From Macrostomum hystrix (taxonomy: Eukaryota > Animalia > Platyhelminthes), in the NCBI GenBank assembly GCA_950097015.1, contig CATNEN010000038.1, positions 6,634,001 to 6,698,000 of the forward strand: a DNA stretch of 64,000 nt, read 5' to 3'. The notes beneath the pieces are model-generated. The model had not been told where the DNA came from. It worked only from the letters and a program-made list of their open reading frames with translations, and ran no database searches. Positions 62,101 to 64,000 of the stretch are shown here, one piece after another. A program made the translations under genes and the position numbers. Position 1 is the stretch's first letter. The number at the start of each line of letters is the position of its first letter.

Positions 62101-62289
62101 AGTTCAATGTCCAACAGTCATTGGCATCTCCTGTCCCACACTGCAATGACTCTGATTAAGAATGAAGTATATTGTTATCCATTAATACGAGCCTCGTACA
62201 AAATACACCAGAAATAATGACTCATCGGGTTTTTAGGTTTGGAAAAGAGTTTCTTTCACAACTCATTCGCAAGAGTTTTGAAAATGCTT

Positions 62290-62830
62290 GGAATTGAAAA
62301 ATGCGACTACTGCACTACTCTCGCTGGTCAAGTAGGACAGCAAGAACATTGGGCTAGTAAGTTCTGGAGTGATTTTTCATGCTGATCTTTCTGGCTCTAG
62401 AAAAACTCTGCAGCCATTGCAATTACAAAGCGATCGAGTCCTCTTCTCTTCGAGTTCTCATTAAAGCTATGGGAATCAGAAGCTCCGGATCATCGGGTTT
62501 GTCATCGGCGCAGACAGCGCATGTTCTTTGGCTGAGCGAGACACTGGGCGAGACAGCCGAGGGAGAGCCGCGTGCATCTATAATTTGTAACGGCTGGCAG
62601 CTCTAAGAAGGGCACAAGGCAGCGGATTCTCTTTCCTGTTGGTCGATCCTAATCGATTTTACCGGCATCAGAGAAGGCCTCGACCAGCCGAGCTCTTCTA
62701 GACTGATGGTCAGATCGAAAGGCTTGGATCGGAGAGATCAGCTGCTGCTGCCCATGCAGATGAAGTCGAGTTGCATAATGCAGCAGCAGCAGCAGCGAGT
62801 CAAGAGGAAACTAACCCGACTTCATCTGCA
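62290..62830 (-). pseudogene. Possible decayed fifth member of the IL-17-like family
   Basis: TATAAAAG on the minus strand at 62851-62844. Fragments in shifting frames, SLLLLL...QQLISP, FDLTISLEEL, LLIPIAL and CNCNGCRV, echo RQLVAP, IFYNVSIEEV, IIPSYLL and CSEGCRPV in the same order. Confidence 0.35.
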
Positions 62831-64000
62831 TTAGCCGATTGTACTTTTATAACAAGCCTGCTGCATAACTTCTACAGCCATCGGTTCCTTTAAAAAACAG
62901 TCAAATTATTAGCTCATTGGTTATTTGATAATTAGTAGGGGTTCTGAACTTAAACAGCCTAAATTACTGACTGGTTTTTGTCTGGTTTGATAGAGGCAAA
63001 AGTCTTAGGAATTTGGAAATTAGGAAGTTGGATAATGTTGTAGATTTTATTTATCTTGTAAAAGCCAATTAAACATCTTGCTGCTTCCTTAAGCCAGAAG
63101 ACTTAGCTCGTACTTAGACAAAACTCATATTTAGTCCTCCAACTAGCATGGGTTTAATCATGTTTTTCAAGAACGGGTTGAATGCCTCAGCACTGTTGTA
63201 ACCGACATCCTATAAGTATTTACGCGCGTGTGATTCACTACAATTTCTAAGCTAGGCTGATGCGGTCATCGCAGAGCATATACGAGCCATTGGCTAGCGA
63301 AATTTGTTTTTAGGCTGCTGGCACTGCCGCCGCACCTGCGCTAACTTTGAGTCTCTCATATGTTTATCTTAGCCCTGAGGGCTTTCCTCGGCAGCGAGAA
63401 GAAGTCGCAATAGGCCAACGCATGAGGCGTCTAATTGCTTTTCTGCCCACAGAGACAGCGAACTGGGCACGATGGCTGCATCGTCAGTGAAGGATTAAGG
63501 ATGAGGCGGAGTCCAAGATTAGACTAGATTTGCAGCTGAAAGATAAGCAGGTGTTAGGGCTTTATTATTTTTCTTTATCCTGGACAATCAAAGATTTGGG
63601 TGGGGCACTGTGGCGGCTTTTTCAATTTGCTTAAGAAGGCCGGGCCAAGATACAATCGGATGGATTTGCGCCTCAAAATCGACATGCCTGAGTGAGCATT
63701 TAAATTAACGAGTTTTCAGAGTAACCCACAGTCATGGCACAGCTATCAGACCCAGGGGACAATGGGATATTGGATTAGGACAGAGTAAAGGTGAGAAAAT
63801 AGGGAGAGGGAAGAGCAAAGAGGGAAGGAGCAGCGCCTAGCAGTGTGATAGTGGGGGTGGCGAGCTATGCAGGTTAGTGCCAAGACAAAAGACGAGGCTA
63901 GCATAAAAAAGTAAACTCACTTTGCCAGCCCCCAAGCCGTACAGAATTAACACTCCAAAGTAACAAGCGAGTCTAGTACAGAAATTTATCTGGCCAATAG

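Overview
Eukaryotic (metazoan) genomic DNA: spliced genes, GC-rich exons, and roughly one fifth of the window in about 20 different minisatellites. The style suggests a free-living flatworm such as Macrostomum, but that is an impression only. Genes reconstructed by eye from splice sites and reading phase: (1) a 4-exon secreted, probably GPI-anchored Cys-rich protein (+, 5152-11624); (2) an SHP2/PTPN11-family phosphatase (-, 23010-13940) with an intact catalytic domain but two SH2 domains lacking the pTyr-binding Arg; (3) a TRH-receptor-like GPCR (-, 35411-28294, one GC-AG intron); (4) ODAD3/CCDC151 (-, 46192-42626); (5) four intronless secreted proteins (48.7-60.8 kb) resembling invertebrate IL-17/cystine-knot cytokines that have apparently lost one complete knot disulfide pair, plus a possible decayed fifth copy. 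Mobile DNA: three distinct Crypton-type tyrosine-recombinase (YR) sequences, hAT/P-like MITEs with 8-bp TSDs, tRNA-headed SINEs, LINE fragments and a foldback-like E-box array. Best candidates for something new: (a) the IL-17-like cluster, in which two genes share a near-identical 504-bp coding core with unrelated flanks and which encloses a tandem array of inverted-repeat-bounded YR units joined at ATGTA cores; (b) a reverse-transcribed mature tRNA-Ser 3' half (10781-10828) that appears to record tRNA modifications (CCA, a mismatch at position 58, a stop before position 37). No searches were run: family calls rest on recognised motifs, and coordinates were counted by hand.
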